From an uncultured Lachnospiraceae bacterium (GTDB taxonomy: Bacteria; Bacillota; Clostridia; Lachnospirales; Lachnospiraceae), in contig URCR01000001.1 in NCBI GenBank assembly GCA_900546325.1, positions 120,190 to 184,189 of the forward strand: 64,000 nt of DNA, given 5' to 3'. Below, one piece after another: positions 1 through 11,513 of the stretch; within the stretch, counting starts at the first letter, position 1; each line of letters starts with the position of its first letter. The notes under the pieces are model-generated. The model worked only from the letters and a program-made list of their open reading frames with translations. It did no database searches and had not been told where the DNA came from. Both the position numbers and the translations under genes were made by a program.

Positions 1-208
1 CCACCAGAATTCCCAGCAGCCAGCTTCCCGACAGATAACTTACTGTAACCGCCGCAAAAGCTCCCGTCAGCATAATTCCTTCTGTTCCAATGTTCAATAT
101 ATCCGCCTGTTGTGTAATTGCTGCACAGAGGGCCGCATAGATAATAGGTGTTGCTGAACGGAATGTTGCATAGATTAACGAAACACTGAATATCTGATCT
201 AATTTCAT
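1..208 (-). CDS. ABC transporter permease, second permease of the BMP-type operon, N-terminal part only (runs off the window edge)
   Basis: Reverse complement of 1-208 translates as MKLDQIFSVSLIYATFRSATPIIYAALCAAITQQADILNIGTEGIMLTG..., a hydrophobic permease N-terminus. A GGGGG Shine-Dalgarno sits 5 nt upstream of the ATG at 208. It lies directly downstream of permease 221..1255 in the same operon. Confidence 0.65.
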   Translation of the reverse strand, partial: MKLDQIFSVSLIYATFRSATPIIYAALCAAITQQADILNIGTEGIMLTGAFAAVTVSYLSGSWLLGILV

Positions 209-220
209 AAATTCGCCCCC

Positions 221-1255
221 TTATCCTTCCTGGTCCGCTGTTTTTTTCCGCTTTTTCTGAAACTGAAAAAGTAATTCCATCGTCGCTATGATAATGAATA
301 CTGCACTGATTGTGTCTATGATTGATTTTGGTACACCCGTATTTTGCTGCATTCCCATTGCTCCTGATTTCAATACTGCAAGGAAGAAAGACATAAACGG
401 CGCAAGTACCACATTATTTTTCACAATCAATGATGCAAGCATCCCATTCGTGCCAAGTCCTGCTGCGAAATTATTTAAGAAATATCCATGTACACCCAGT
501 ACCTCGATGCAGCCTGCAATTCCACCGATAGCACCACTCAGCATCATTGTCTTGATAAATACTCTTTTAGGATTAATACCCACATATTCCGCATGTTTTG
601 GATTTAATCCTACGGTTCTGATCTGATAACCGAACTTCGTCTTCTGAAGCATCCACACAATTCCTAAAACAAAGACAATTGCAATAAACAGCCCTGCGTT
701 TGCACTGCTTGGTTTCATAAATTGTGGCAGAGTTACTGTAACCGGATCTGACTGTGCATTTGCAACTCCTGCGCTCATCGGTCCACTTACAAGATAAGAA
801 GTGATAAATAATGCTACACTGTTCATCAAAATTGTTACGCATACTTCATTGACATTAAAATATGCTTTTAACATTCCCGGAATATATGCCCATACTGCAC
901 CGACAATAGCTGCCCCCAGAAAGCACACCACAAGCAAAAGCGGCTTCGGAAGAAACGTCCAGTGGATTCCTATATAAGCAGCCACAATTCCTCCCAGGAA
1001 AACCTCTCCTTCCACTCCGACATTAAACGCACCTGCTTTCGCAGCTACAGCAAACGCAATTGCTGTCAATAACAGAGGCGTAAAACTCGCTAACGTTGTC
1101 CCAAAAGCTCTTTTACTGGAGAAAGCTCCATTAAACAATGCAATATATGCATCAATCGGGTTTTCTCCAATGCAAAGAATAACAATTGCACCAATCCCCA
1201 GCGCCAGTCCCAGTGTCAGTAATACTTTTCTTAAATTTTTCATCATACCATTCAA
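221..1255 (-). CDS. ABC transporter permease (BMP/nucleoside-type uptake system)
   Basis: 344-aa multi-TM protein downstream of a tandem-ATPase ABC protein and a BMP lipoprotein. Its start overlaps the ATPase stop (1252..1255). Confidence 0.85.
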   Translation of the reverse strand: MNGMMKNLRKVLLTLGLALGIGAIVILCIGENPIDAYIALFNGAFSSKRAFGTTLASFTPLLLTAIAFAVAAKAGAFNVGVEGEVFLGGIVAAYIGIHWTFLPKPLLLVVCFLGAAIVGAVWAYIPGMLKAYFNVNEVCVTILMNSVALFITSYLVSGPMSAGVANAQSDPVTVTLPQFMKPSSANAGLFIAIVFVLGIVWMLQKTKFGYQIRTVGLNPKHAEYVGINPKRVFIKTMMLSGAIGGIAGCIEVLGVHGYFLNNFAAGLGTNGMLASLIVKNNVVLAPFMSFFLAVLKSGAMGMQQNTGVPKSIIDTISAVFIIIATMELLFQFQKKRKKTADQEG

Positions 1256-2787
1256 TGTTTTTCCTCTCCTTCCCTGACTTTATTTCCACCCATCATAAGA
1301 AGTCCAAGATTCTCTTCATTTGCCTCTTCTGCATACATACTTCCTGCAATTTTTCCTTCATGCATTACAACAATCCGGTCTGATAATGACAATATTTCTT
1401 CCAGATCAGCTGACACCAACAGCACTCCCAGTCCCTTTGTCTTTACATCCTGCAAAATACTGCGGATTGACTCAATTGCACCAATATCAACACCTCTTGT
1501 CGGCTGCGATGCAATTAACAGCTTTCCTGCAACTGAAACTTCGCGTGCAACAACAACCTTCTGTGCATTTCCTCCGGACATAGACTGCGTAATGGTATCT
1601 GGATTTTGTGGACGAATGTCAAACTTCCTGATCAACTCTTTTGCATAGTCTGCAATTCCCGGTTCATTTAGAAGAATGCCCTTTGAAAAAGGCCTTTTCT
1701 CCAATTGTACTGCTATTAGATTTTCTTTTATAGAAAGATTTCGATTTAATCCTCTTGTATTCCTGTCTTCCGGTATGTGAGTCATCCCTGCCTTCCTTAT
1801 TTTTTTGACTGACAGATTTGTAATATCCTTTCCATCCAAAAATACTTTTCCCTTCTCTATCTTTCGCAGCCCAGTCAAAGCCTCTATGAATTCACTTTGT
1901 CCGTTTCCGTCAATCCCTGCAATTCCAACAATCTCTCCACTTTTTACCTCTAACGAGATTCCTCTTATCTTAGAGATTTCCTTTTCTCCTGATGTCCACA
2001 GTTCCTCTACTTTTAACACAGGCGCTCCTACTTTCGCCTTTTTATGTTCGATATTTAAAAAGACTTCTCTTCCAATCATCATTTTTGTCAATTGTACTGG
2101 AGATGTATCTTCTTTCTTTACGGTTCCTATGTATTCTCCCTGCCGCATTACACTGATTCTGTCGGATATTTCCATTACTTCGTTCAATTTATGAGAGATA
2201 AATACAATTGATTTACCATCTTGCTTCAAATTTTCAAGAATTTCAAACAGTCTTCTTGCCTCCTGCGGAGTAAGTACCGCTGTTGGTTCGTCCAAAATAA
2301 TAATTTCCGCACCTCGCGCTAACGTCTTAATAATTTCTACTCTCTGCGCTTCTCCTACGGTTATCTGATTGATTTTTTTATTAAGTTGAATATCCATCTG
2401 ATATTGATTTATATATTTTTGTACATTTTTCCGTGCTTTTTCAAAATCAATCGTGATTCCTTTTCTCGGTTCAAACCCCAAAATAATATTTTCTAAAACA
2501 GTTAGTTCATTTACGAGCATAAACTCCTGATGAACCATACCGATTCCCTTGTCAATCGCTATTTTGGGAGTGAGATGTTCTAATACTTCCCCACTGACTT
2601 TGATTTCTCCCGCATCGATGGCATACATCCCATATAACATTTTCATCATAGTGGACTTTCCAGCTCCATTCTCTCCGATCAGAGAATGAATTTCTCCCTT
2701 TTTCAGGTTGAAATTTCCGTTTCTGACAGCTTTTACTTCACCGAAACTTTTCTTTATTCCACACATTTCTACAACATACTCATTCAC
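1252..2787 (-). CDS. ABC transporter ATP-binding protein with duplicated ATPase domains (RbsA/NupA-like)
   Basis: 511 aa with two Walker A motifs (GENGAGKST; GIDGNGQSE) and two signature-motif regions. Sits between the BMP lipoprotein gene and the permeases. Confidence 0.9.
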   Translation of the reverse strand: MNEYVVEMCGIKKSFGEVKAVRNGNFNLKKGEIHSLIGENGAGKSTMMKMLYGMYAIDAGEIKVSGEVLEHLTPKIAIDKGIGMVHQEFMLVNELTVLENIILGFEPRKGITIDFEKARKNVQKYINQYQMDIQLNKKINQITVGEAQRVEIIKTLARGAEIIILDEPTAVLTPQEARRLFEILENLKQDGKSIVFISHKLNEVMEISDRISVMRQGEYIGTVKKEDTSPVQLTKMMIGREVFLNIEHKKAKVGAPVLKVEELWTSGEKEISKIRGISLEVKSGEIVGIAGIDGNGQSEFIEALTGLRKIEKGKVFLDGKDITNLSVKKIRKAGMTHIPEDRNTRGLNRNLSIKENLIAVQLEKRPFSKGILLNEPGIADYAKELIRKFDIRPQNPDTITQSMSGGNAQKVVVAREVSVAGKLLIASQPTRGVDIGAIESIRSILQDVKTKGLGVLLVSADLEEILSLSDRIVVMHEGKIAGSMYAEEANEENLGLLMMGGNKVREGEEKH

Positions 2788-2803
2788 AATATCACTTCCT
2801 ATT

Positions 2804-2841
2804 CAAAAGGAGCCGAAGGTTAGAAGCTCTAACTTTCAGCC
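2804..2841 (-). terminator. Intercistronic hairpin (partial terminator/attenuator) between the binding-protein gene and the ATPase gene
   Basis: On the minus strand the RNA GCUGAAAGUUAG...CUAACCUUCGGC forms an ~12-bp stem (one mismatch, one G-U pair) followed by UUUU. Such a hairpin is commonly used to give excess binding-protein transcript. Confidence 0.4.
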
Positions 2842-2855
2842 CACTTCCTTGTCTT

Positions 2856-3929
2856 TTATTTATTGGAACCAAAACCTTTATAGTTGTCTACTACGATTTC
2901 TCCATTTTTTATCTTTTCTGCCAGCTCATTTACTTTGTCAATAATTTCCTGCGGAAATTTATCTCCTAAATGCTCTTTCATCACACTAAAATCAGTCAAT
3001 CCTACTCCCTCATTGGCAACTTCCAGATACTCTGTTGTATTCCCTTCAAACTTATCATTCACCACCGATTCAATAACTGTGTATGATGCCGTATCCACAC
3101 GTTTTACCATAGATGTCAAAATAGATCCCGGTTGGTCATTGTCTTGATTCAAATCTACTCCTATCGCATACTTTCCAGCTTCCTTTGCCCCCTCTAATAC
3201 TCCGGCTCCTGTTCCGGATGCTACATTCATGACAATATCAGCACCCTGATCATACTGTGCCAATGTCAATTCCTTTCCCTTTAACGGATCTGACCATGTT
3301 CCTGCAAATGACTGAAGCACCTCGATGTCTGGATCAATATATTTTGCTCCCTGCTCATATCCCACATAAAAATCATGCAAAACAGGAACATCCATTCCAC
3401 CTACCCATCCGATGATGTTTTTGTCATTTACACCATCTATATCCGTACACTTCGTGAACATGGCAGCCGCAGCTCCTGCCAGAAAAGAACCTTGATTCTG
3501 AGCAAAACTGATTGACTGTACATTTTCTCCTTCTACAACTGAATCAATAATCGCAAATTTTACATCCGGATAACTTGGAGCATATTCCTTTAAATACTCT
3601 TCCAAATTGGAGCTGGAGCAAATCACAAGATCATATCCACCTTCTGCTGCTGCCAGAAAATTTGCTTCCCACTCTTCCGCTGTCGTTCCTTCCAGGTTTT
3701 TAATTTCGACTCCCAGCTCTTTTGCTGCCCTCTGAGCACCTTCATTACAAGAATCATTATAAGACTTATCCCCAAGATTTCCTGAGTATACTACTGCCAC
3801 TTTAATCCCACTGTCTTTCTTACTTCCATCTGACACTGTCTCTTCTTTTTCCGTTCCACCATTCCCGCATGCCACTAAACTCAGGCACATTGTTGCAGCT
3901 ATCAAAATACTTACCACTTTTCTTTTCAT
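2856..3929 (-). CDS. BMP-family ABC transporter substrate-binding lipoprotein (basic membrane protein/Med family)
   Basis: Signal peptide with lipobox LVAC (MKRKVVSILIAATMCLSLVACGNGG) and a PBP-type periplasmic-binding fold. First gene of the lipoprotein-ATPase-permease-permease operon. Confidence 0.9.
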   Translation of the reverse strand: MKRKVVSILIAATMCLSLVACGNGGTEKEETVSDGSKKDSGIKVAVVYSGNLGDKSYNDSCNEGAQRAAKELGVEIKNLEGTTAEEWEANFLAAAEGGYDLVICSSSNLEEYLKEYAPSYPDVKFAIIDSVVEGENVQSISFAQNQGSFLAGAAAAMFTKCTDIDGVNDKNIIGWVGGMDVPVLHDFYVGYEQGAKYIDPDIEVLQSFAGTWSDPLKGKELTLAQYDQGADIVMNVASGTGAGVLEGAKEAGKYAIGVDLNQDNDQPGSILTSMVKRVDTASYTVIESVVNDKFEGNTTEYLEVANEGVGLTDFSVMKEHLGDKFPQEIIDKVNELAEKIKNGEIVVDNYKGFGSNK

Positions 3930-4254
3930 CTGCTTCCTCCTTGCAAAACCCTTTTAATTCATTAGTAAAACGTTTTTCTAAACTGTAAAAAAAAATAAAT
4001 CGATTTATTTAGTTCTTATAACTGATGATAAATCAACTCCAAAAGATTGTCAATGTGTATAATATAACGATTTACTTTCTATATTTTTATTCAATTTATA
4101 TAATACATTTCTTTTCTCTAACTATTTTCCACAAATTCCTTTGTTTGTTTTTAGATATATTTACTGTATATCTTTTGTTATTAAAACGTTTTTCTTATTA
4201 TTCTGAATCGAACTTCTTATTGCCCACCACTCTCTCCCATGTTATAATTTCCTC

Positions 4255-5391
4255 ATAGAATTCCTCTGTGTAAAGGAGGAACTTCCCATGAAAAAAACTT
4301 TACAAGATCTTACGATCAAAGACAATTTTATGTTTGGCGCTGTAATGACTGATCCGGAAAATTGCAAAGGCTTACTGGAATTACTGCTTCACAAAAAGCT
4401 GGGCAAAATCATCGTAAGTACCGAAAAAAGTATGATCTACCACCCAGAGTACAAAGGTGTCCGTCTTGATGTCTATGCAAAGGATGATGCAAATACCCGG
4501 TACAATATCGAAATGCAGGTACTTCGGAAATCTGCCCTCGGCAAGCGCAGTCGTTATTATCACAGTCAGATTGATATGGATCTGTTGCTGAGCGGTTCTG
4601 ATTACCGCGAACTCCCTGATACTTATGTCATCTTCATTTGTGATTTTGATCCATTTGGCTTCGGAAAATACTTATATTCTTTCTATACTGCCTGCAGAGA
4701 AGAAGGTTCTCTCGACTTCAATGACGGGATTCACACTATTTTTCTAAGTACAGCAGGTAAAAATGGATCAGAAGTTCCGGAAGCACTCGTTTCTTTCCTT
4801 AAATTTGTCAAAGCAGATTTATCGGAAAGCAGCAACGATTTCCATAATGAGTACGTCAGAAAGCTCCAACTATCCATCAGCCAAATTAAAGAAAACAGAG
4901 AAATGGAGGAACGATTTATGTTGTTGGCAGAATTACTGCAGGAAGAGCATGAAGAAGGAATGCGCAAAGGCATTGAAAAAGGTCGCACGGAAGAACGTAC
5001 TGAGAATCTCAAACGACTCACTACTCTTCTCCTTTCGCTTCTACGAAAATTTGATACACTTCCTGATGATCTTCTCCAAAAGATAGAATCGATGGATGAT
5101 CCTGAACTTGCCACTCAATGGATCCAGTTTGCCGCCGAGTCTGCATCTCTTTCGGATTTTTTATCAAAGATTGAATGATTTTTTTAATTCCGTCTCAGAA
5201 GAACAAACATAAGAAAAAGGGCATATCGGCACCACTGCTTCTGTCTGATTGTTCCATGAACAACTCAGAACATGCATCGTGATCCCGATATGCCTCATCG
5301 AAATTTCACTTCAAATTTTCAAACGAATTTTATTCGATTATTTCATCTGATTTCACAACTATTTTACAATTTTATTACAGAGGAATTCTAT
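4255..5391 (+). mobile_element. Putative IS-like unit: Rpn-family nuclease gene bracketed by 15-bp perfect inverted repeats (ATAGAATTCCTCTGT at 4255..4269; ACAGAGGAATTCTAT at 5377..5391)
   Basis: Inverted repeat read directly in the sequence. The left copy is also the -10-like (TAGAAT) promoter/leader of the Rpn gene. The same architecture appears around the paralogue at 37441..38496. Confidence 0.35.
4288..5178 (+). CDS. Rpn-family recombination-promoting nuclease / putative transposase (PD-(D/E)XK, Transposase_31/TIGR01784-like)
   Basis: N-terminal LTIKDNFMFGAVM motif and a D...E.Q nuclease core (VRLDVYAKD...YNIEMQV). Helical C-terminal region with EERFM. Paralogue of 37592..38464. Confidence 0.8.
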   Translation: MKKTLQDLTIKDNFMFGAVMTDPENCKGLLELLLHKKLGKIIVSTEKSMIYHPEYKGVRLDVYAKDDANTRYNIEMQVLRKSALGKRSRYYHSQIDMDLLLSGSDYRELPDTYVIFICDFDPFGFGKYLYSFYTACREEGSLDFNDGIHTIFLSTAGKNGSEVPEALVSFLKFVKADLSESSNDFHNEYVRKLQLSISQIKENREMEERFMLLAELLQEEHEEGMRKGIEKGRTEERTENLKRLTTLLLSLLRKFDTLPDDLLQKIESMDDPELATQWIQFAAESASLSDFLSKIE

Positions 5392-5485
5392 TTCACTTAC
5401 TATTGAGAACTCTTTCCTATTGATCTCTTTTTTGTTGTACTTTGTATTTTTCCCTCTTATCAGACATTATCTTCGATGTCCGCTC

Positions 5486-5719
5486 TTATTCCAGCCCCAG
5501 AATCTCCGCAAGAACGTCGACGATGATCTCATTCGTGCAAGATTTTACATAACCGAGCAAATGCAAAGAGATTTCATCCTGCTTCTGTGCCTCGGTCAGT
5601 TTTTCATCATGTTTCGTCTGGTCGATCATCTGGATCAGCTGCGGTGTCAGGTCTTCATAAATCTCTATTGTTTTGTCTGTCACCAGTTTTCTCAGTGCTT
5701 CTTTTGTTGTAGGTACCAT
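5486..5719 (-). CDS. hypothetical small protein (~77 aa)
   Basis: ORF with a strong SD (AGGAGGAAGAAGGAT) before the ATG at 5719. The longer 117-aa ORF in the track overlaps smpB and is unlikely to be real. Confidence 0.4.
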   Translation of the reverse strand: MVPTTKEALRKLVTDKTIEIYEDLTPQLIQMIDQTKHDEKLTEAQKQDEISLHLLGYVKSCTNEIIVDVLAEILGLE

Positions 5720-5738
5720 AATCCTTCTTCCTCCTGAT

Positions 5739-6206
5739 CTATCCGAGATTCCGGATCTTGAAATCTCTCTGTGCCTCTCTCTGCTGGTCTTTCTTTGCGA
5801 TGTCATTTCGCTTGTCATAGAGCTTCTTTCCTCGTGCAAGACCGATCTCTACTTTTACCAGGCTTCCTTTGAAATATACTTTGAGCGGCACGATCGCCAT
5901 TCCTTTTTCTTTTGTCTTTCCGAGCATTTTGTTGATCTCTGCCTTATGTAACAGCAGCTTTCTCGGGCGGAGCGGGTCTTTGTTGAAGATATTTCCCTTC
6001 TCATATGGACTGATATGCATTCCATAGATGAAGACTTCTCCGTTTTCCACCCGGATAAACGATTCTTTGACACTGCACTTTCCCATACGGAGGGATTTTA
6101 CCTCCGTACCGTGCAGCGCGATTCCAGCCTCGTAAGTGTCTAAGATAAAATAATCGTGGTATGCCTTTTTATTGTTGGCAATCAGTTTCGTCGATGTTTT
6201 CGCCAT
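5739..6206 (-). CDS. smpB: SsrA-binding protein SmpB
   Basis: 155 aa starting [40 protein letters not shown]..., the canonical SmpB N-terminus. It follows rnr as in the B. subtilis secG-rnr-smpB arrangement. Confidence 0.95.
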   Translation of the reverse strand: MAKTSTKLIANNKKAYHDYFILDTYEAGIALHGTEVKSLRMGKCSVKESFIRVENGEVFIYGMHISPYEKGNIFNKDPLRPRKLLLHKAEINKMLGKTKEKGMAIVPLKVYFKGSLVKVEIGLARGKKLYDKRNDIAKKDQQREAQRDFKIRNLG

Positions 6207-8349
6207 CTTCCTCGTCCCCCTTATTTACCAGTTCAAAATCTATTGTACGCTGCAGGCGGTCTGTGTCAAGTACCCTGACATAGACTTTCTGTCCGAGTTT
6301 ATAGGATCTGCGTGTATGCTCTCCGATCATCTCAAAGCGATCCTCATAGTAATCGTAATGGTCATCATGCATATTTGTAACATGGATCAACCCTTCCACT
6401 GTATTTTCCAGTTCCACATACATTCCCCATTTTGTGATACTTGAAATGACGCCGGCAAATACCTCGCCGATATGCTGTTCCATATATTCCGCCTTCTTTA
6501 ATCGGATCGTCTCACGCTCCGCCTCCTCTGCCCTTCGCTCCATCTGGCTTGCATGCTTTGTCACTTCCGGTAAAATGGATTCATAATGTTCGATACGGTT
6601 TTCATTCATTCTGCCGCGCAGTGTCTCTTTGATGATCCGATGGATCTGGAGATCCGGGTATCTTCGGATCGGCGACGTGAAGTGGCAGTAATACTGTGCT
6701 GCGAGACCGAAATGTCCTGTATTTTCCGGCGTGTATTTTGCCTGTTTCATCGAGCGCAATGCCAGCCTGCTGATAAAATCTCCTTCCGGTGTGCCGTCTA
6801 CCTTGGCAAGCAGCTTTTGGATTTCCTTCGGTCTTACCTCTTTGTTTGCCACATGCATCGAATGCCCGAAATTATTGATAAACGTACATAATTTCTGGAT
6901 TTTCTCCTCATCCGGCACGTCGTGCGTCCGGTAGACAAACGGAATTTCCTGCCAGAAATAATCCTCCGCCACCGTTTCATTGGCAAGCAGCATAAAGTCT
7001 TCGATGATCTTCGTCGCCGTATTCCGGTCATATGGCTTGATCTCTGTCGGCGTACCGTCTTCCTTCAGGATGATTTTACTTTCCGGAAAATCAAAATCGA
7101 TCGAGCCTCTGCGGTGTCGTCTGTCCCTTAAAATCTTTGCAAGCTCCGCCATCAGTTCAAACATCGGCACAAACTCTTTGTACGTTTCCATCTCTTCCGG
7201 ATCTCTGTCTTCCAGTATTTTTTTGACACTTGTGTAACTCATGCGCTGGTCAATATGGACGACTGTCTCTGCGATTTTATGGTCGATCACCTCTCCTTTT
7301 GGATTAACCGTCATGATACAGCTCAGAGCCAGTCTGTCTTCCCCCGCATTCAGCGAGCAGATTCCATTTGACAGTGCGTGTGGCAGCATCGGGATGACGC
7401 GGTCCACCAGGTACACACTTGTACCACGCTCATATGCCTCCCGGTCAAGTGCACTGCGCTCCTGCACATAGTTTGTCACATCTGCAATATGCACACCGAG
7501 CAGATAGTTTTCTCCCTCTTTGGAAATGGAGATGGCATCGTCCAGATCTTTCGCGTCTTCTCCGTCGATCGTTACCATTTTCCAGGAGCGGATGTCCATG
7601 CGCCCTGCCATATCTGCGCCCGTGACGTCCTTTGCCACCCGCTCTGCCTGATTTAACACCTTCTCCGGAAATTCTACCGGAAGATCATACCCTTTCACGA
7701 TCGACATGATGTCCGTTCCCGGATCATTGACATGCCCGATGATCTCAACGACCTTTCCTTCCGGCTTCTTGCCGTCTTTTCCGTAAGAAGTCAGTTCTAC
7801 AACAACCTTGTGCCCGGTCACTGCCCCTTTTGAGCGCTCCAGCGGCACAAAAATATCTTTGACAAACCGGTCATTATCCGGGATCACAAACCCAAAGTTT
7901 TTATTTTTCTGGAAATATCCGACCAGCTTTACCGTTCCGTGGGAGAGGATCCTCACAATCTTTCCTTCTCTTCGCTTCCCTTCGGGCGCTTTTGTTACGA
8001 CAACCTCCACCTGATCCATGTGAAATGCCCCGTTTGCATCGTCCTCTGAGATAAAGATATCATCGGCTTGTCCTTCTACCGTGACAAATCCAAATCCTCT
8101 CGCATGTGCCTGATAGGTTCCGACAAGCTGCTTTGCGGTACCTTTGACATATTTTCCCTTCTGCGTGACAGAAACTTTTCCATCCGCCACAAGAGCATCC
8201 ATCACTTTCTTCAATTCCTTCCGCTGATCTTTTGGCACCTGAAGAAGAATTGCCAGTTCTTTCAGCTTCATCGGCACATAAAAATCATCGCAGATAAAAT
8301 CATATATAATCTTTTTTCGTTTCTCAAATGTCTGTTCCAATTTTTTCAC
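6169..8349 (-). CDS. rnr: Ribonuclease R
   Basis: 726 aa with cold-shock/OB domains, an RNB catalytic domain and a C-terminal S1 domain (…[16 protein letters not shown]…). Its 3' end overlaps the smpB start by 38 nt. Confidence 0.95.
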   Translation of the reverse strand: MKKLEQTFEKRKKIIYDFICDDFYVPMKLKELAILLQVPKDQRKELKKVMDALVADGKVSVTQKGKYVKGTAKQLVGTYQAHARGFGFVTVEGQADDIFISEDDANGAFHMDQVEVVVTKAPEGKRREGKIVRILSHGTVKLVGYFQKNKNFGFVIPDNDRFVKDIFVPLERSKGAVTGHKVVVELTSYGKDGKKPEGKVVEIIGHVNDPGTDIMSIVKGYDLPVEFPEKVLNQAERVAKDVTGADMAGRMDIRSWKMVTIDGEDAKDLDDAISISKEGENYLLGVHIADVTNYVQERSALDREAYERGTSVYLVDRVIPMLPHALSNGICSLNAGEDRLALSCIMTVNPKGEVIDHKIAETVVHIDQRMSYTSVKKILEDRDPEEMETYKEFVPMFELMAELAKILRDRRHRRGSIDFDFPESKIILKEDGTPTEIKPYDRNTATKIIEDFMLLANETVAEDYFWQEIPFVYRTHDVPDEEKIQKLCTFINNFGHSMHVANKEVRPKEIQKLLAKVDGTPEGDFISRLALRSMKQAKYTPENTGHFGLAAQYYCHFTSPIRRYPDLQIHRIIKETLRGRMNENRIEHYESILPEVTKHASQMERRAEEAERETIRLKKAEYMEQHIGEVFAGVISSITKWGMYVELENTVEGLIHVTNMHDDHYDYYEDRFEMIGEHTRRSYKLGQKVYVRVLDTDRLQRTIDFELVNKGDEEDGENIDETDCQQ

Positions 8350-8407
8350 TCCTTTTCTCTATCGCATTTTTTCTGCAAGGTTGCCTGAATTTCCCCGAAA
8401 ATCGAAA

Positions 8408-8437
8408 AAGAACATACCCATCTGAAAACAGGTATGT
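8408..8437 (-). terminator. Rho-independent terminator downstream of secG
   Basis: Perfect 9-bp stem GAACATACC/GGTATGTTC with a 12-nt loop, followed on the minus strand by a U-rich tract (TTTTTCGATTTTC). Confidence 0.5.
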
Positions 8438-8590
8438 TCTACATTTACAAATTTTTTCCAAACTGTCTGTTTCTGATTTTTCCGACAGCTTCTTCGGCAG
8501 ACTTTTTGGCTGCTTCCCAGTCACTCTTCCTCAATGTCAATGCACTGTATCACTCACATTCCGCCAAACAGCGCTGACGGAAACAATGCA

Positions 8591-8833
8591 CTAATTAAAT
8601 ACTCCGAGATTTAAAACTGCTGCCAGTATCATAAATAAACATGCTAAGAACTTTGTAGATTTGACAAGTGCACCTTCCATAGAACGTCCCTTGTTCTGTC
8701 CCCAGTATGTCTCCGCCGCACCTGCGATCGAGCCAAGCCCTGCGGACTTTCCTTCCTGAAGAAGTACAATGATTGTCAATGCGATACCGTCTATTACAAA
8801 TAAAATAGTTAATACAATTTTCAAAATTTCCAT
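8591..8833 (-). CDS. secG: Preprotein translocase subunit SecG
   Basis: Small two-TM protein MEILKIVLTILFVIDGIALTIIVLLQEGKSAGLG... with a GGGAGGTG SD before the ATG at 8833. Conserved position upstream of rnr. Confidence 0.8.
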   Translation of the reverse strand: MEILKIVLTILFVIDGIALTIIVLLQEGKSAGLGSIAGAAETYWGQNKGRSMEGALVKSTKFLACLFMILAAVLNLGVFN

Positions 8834-8975
8834 TTTTACACCTCCCGTGGATAAACAACGTTCATTATACCACAAGAGAGAACCGGTTGCAAGTTCAACT
8901 CCATAACTTTAGAAGAAGTTTCCAATTTTTCAGGATTTCAGGAAATTTTTCGGGAAACTTCTCATCTATTTCTTC

Positions 8976-10313
<1,338 letters not shown>

Positions 10314-10426
10314 TCAGATTTTATTATTGCCGGAACAATTCCTTTCTATCCGTTGACTTTTCATTTCCCCCGCGGTACAATTCATATAGATTATTAATTT
10401 TTTATAAAATACTGAGGTCTGCACAA

Positions 10427-11278
10427 ATGAATACAAAATCAAAATGGAAATCTTTTTTACTATTAACCGGAAGCATCCTGATCATGGCAGTTGGAATCTA
10501 TTTCTTTAAATTTGCCAACAATTTTACCTTTGGTGGAATTACCGGTCTTGCCGTTTTAGTTGCCAAGACAGGCGTCATGTCAGCCAGTGACTTTACCTTT
10601 CTGACAAACATGCTTCTCCTCCTCCTCGGGTTCATTGTCCTTGGGAAAAAATTCGGACTGAAGACCGCTTACTGCAGCACACTTCTCTCCGTCACCCTCT
10701 CCCTTTTAGAACGGATTTACCCGATGAGCCATCCACTGACAGACCAGCCGATGCTCGAGTTGACCTTTGCGATCGCACTGCCGGCATTTGGCTCCGCGAT
10801 TCTGTTCAACATCGGGGCTTCCAGCGGTGGTACGGATATTATTGCAGCGATTTTGAAGAAATACTCGGATTTCAACATCGGAAGAGCCCTTCTGCTCACC
10901 GATCTTGTGATCACAATCGCAGGATGTTTCGTCTTCGACATTGAGACCGGACTCTATTCTTTCCTTGGTCTTGCCGTCCGCTCACTGATGATCGACAACG
11001 TCATTGAAAGTTTCAACCTTTGCAAATATTTCAATGTTGTCTGCGACAATCCAAAGCCGATCTGTGATTTTATCATGCATGAACTCCATCGGAGCGCCAC
11101 AACCTGTGAGGCGAAGGGGGCTTTCTCCGGCGAGCCGAAGAGCCTTGTCTTCACGGTGCTAAACCGTCATCAGGCAATCCGCCTCCGAAACTATATCAAA
11201 GAAGTGGAGCCGACTGCATTTATTCTGATTTCCAACACGAGTGAGATCATCGGAAAAGGATTTCACAATACCATTTAA
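10427..11278 (+). CDS. YitT-family membrane protein (DUF161/DUF2179)
   Basis: 283 aa with N-terminal multi-TM segments plus a C-terminal soluble DUF2179-like domain, typical of Firmicutes YitT/YqfU proteins. Confidence 0.75.
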   Translation: MNTKSKWKSFLLLTGSILIMAVGIYFFKFANNFTFGGITGLAVLVAKTGVMSASDFTFLTNMLLLLLGFIVLGKKFGLKTAYCSTLLSVTLSLLERIYPMSHPLTDQPMLELTFAIALPAFGSAILFNIGASSGGTDIIAAILKKYSDFNIGRALLLTDLVITIAGCFVFDIETGLYSFLGLAVRSLMIDNVIESFNLCKYFNVVCDNPKPICDFIMHELHRSATTCEAKGAFSGEPKSLVFTVLNRHQAIRLRNYIKEVEPTAFILISNTSEIIGKGFHNTI

Positions 11279-11292
11279 TTTTGCCACATCTT

Positions 11293-11331
11293 CCCGGCAG
11301 CATCGTATTTGATGCTGCCGGGATTTTTTTC
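11293..11331 (+). terminator. Rho-independent terminator after the YitT gene
   Basis: CCCGGCAGCATC-gtattt-GATGCTGCCGGG, a perfect 12-bp stem followed by ATTTTTTT. Confidence 0.7.
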
Positions 11332-11513
11332 TCCCCCTTCCTTTCTGTCAAGTAATTTCATACTTTTTTATATTTTTTTCATTTTTATAAAGAAAAATCT
11401 TGTTTTTTCTCACATCTGGTGGCATAATGGTTTCTAATATACTGTTTTAGACATTAATGTTATATCACTCTAAAGCAGAAAACTATTGAATTTAATTAGA
11501 GGAGGAGATTGTT

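Noticed and set aside
288-1583. ORF-track entries antisense to, or nested in, the ABC permease and ATPase genes (288..626 +, 573..842 -, 1186..1383 +, 1320..1583 +)
   Set aside because: They overlap well-supported genes on the opposite strand or another frame, lack an SD, and have low-complexity or atypical composition. The many similar nested ORFs elsewhere in the window (for example 6586..6891, 33412..33756, 59195..59734) are rejected for the same reasons.
5179-5738. Looked for a tmRNA (ssrA) gene downstream of smpB on the minus strand
   Set aside because: No GGTTCGA-type T-arm, no 5' GGGG / 3' CCA-proximal acceptor pairing, and no ANDENYALAA-like tag reading frame. Only a small protein ORF and AT-rich DNA are present.
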